Shown here one piece after another: positions 32,095 to 32,832 of a stretch of 32,832 bases of DNA. The stretch's first letter is position 1. Each line of letters begins with the position of its first letter. Origin of the DNA: Chiloscyllium plagiosum (Eukaryota). Under the pieces are notes generated by a model. The model worked only from the letters and a program-made list of their open reading frames with translations. It was not told the DNA's origin and did not search any database. The translations under genes were made by a program, and so were the position numbers. The DNA is taken from contig NC_057718.1 in assembly GCF_004010195.1 (NCBI RefSeq), forward strand, positions 7,174,840 through 7,207,671. Reading direction: 5' to 3'.

Positions 32095-32600
32095 ACAGAA
32101 CATAAAAACTAGGAGCAGGAGTTGGCCATCTGGCCCTTCGAGCCTGCTCTGTCATTCAGTAAGATCATGGCTGGTCTTTTTGTGGCCTCAGCTCCACTTA
32201 ACTGCCCTCTCACCGTGACCTTTAATTCCTTTATTGTTTAAAAAAAAGTGTCTTAGCCTTAAAAACATTTACTGAAGTAGCATCAACTACTTCACTGGGC
32301 AGGAAAGTTAATTCTCAATTCTGTCCTAAATCCGCTCCCCCTAATTTTGAGGCCCTCTTTGTCCTAGTTTCACCCACTGATGGAAACATCCTTCTACATC
32401 TATCTTATCTATTCCCTTTATAATTTTGTATGCTTCTATAAGATCCCCTCATTCTTCTAAATTCCAACGAATATAATCCCAATCTACTCAGTCTCTCTTC
32501 ATAAGCCAACCCCATCAACTCCAGAATCAAACTAGTGAGCCTCCTCTGCACCCCTTCTAGTGCCAGAACATCTTTTCTCAAATTAGGAGACCAAAACTAT
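32095..32600 (-). mobile_element. CR1-clade LINE 3' fragment
   Basis: Tail GAACATAAAAACTAGGAGCAGGAGTTGGCCATCTGGCCCTTCGAGCC; body CATTCTTCTAAATTCCAACGAATATAATCCC...GGAGACCAAAACT. Confidence 0.85.
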
Positions 32601-32793
32601 ATGTCCTTGCTTACTTTCTGCCGCAAACAAAGCTTTTTCATTGTACTTAGGTACAGGCCGTTCTTCTACAACACACATTTTGTCAACACTGTTTCTACAG
32701 CGTGAACTTTTAATATGAGTGTCGGCTGTAATGTGATCACATCATTAACACTTTAAATGCCGTTTCCAAAATATGATTTTTCTATAACGGGCT

Positions 32794-32823
<30 letters not shown>
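32794..32823 (+). repeat. Poly-G homopolymer (30 nt)
   Basis: Directly visible; a second G run (18 nt) lies at 28058-28075. Confidence 0.9.
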
Positions 32824-32824
<1 letters not shown>

Positions 32825-32832
32825 ACAAGAAA

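Noticed and set aside
29573..32832. Search for PEX3 exon 1 (expected M..WNFLKRHK..-like peptide) and its promoter
   Set aside because: No matching minus-strand peptide or CpG-rich promoter was seen; presumably beyond the window.

Overview
Eukaryotic genomic DNA, almost certainly from a cartilaginous fish (inferred from HE1/V-SINE-type SINEs and their partner CR1-clade LINEs; species not determinable). The only protein-coding gene found is PEX3 (peroxin 3) on the minus strand. Coding exons 2-12 lie between 29572 and 8664, all with GT-AG boundaries and a continuous frame (1052 coding nt). Exon 1 was not found and probably lies beyond the right edge. The rest is mostly transposon debris: CR1-clade LINE fragments, tRNA-derived SINEs, LTR-like repeats, two copies of a poly(A)-tailed retroelement end, and two Penelope-like element (PLE) remnants with GIY-YIG C-terminal coding traces. 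The most striking signal is about nine minimal hammerhead-ribozyme (HHR) motifs (CTGANGA-stem II-GAAAC[G/A]T). They occur in the PLE remnants and in short (90-220 bp), often fold-back, non-coding elements flanked by 8-14 bp target-site duplications (TSDs). Three of them are in sense orientation inside PEX3 introns 1-2. Exon coordinates were counted exactly. Repeat boundaries are approximate and family names come from recall, not from a database search.
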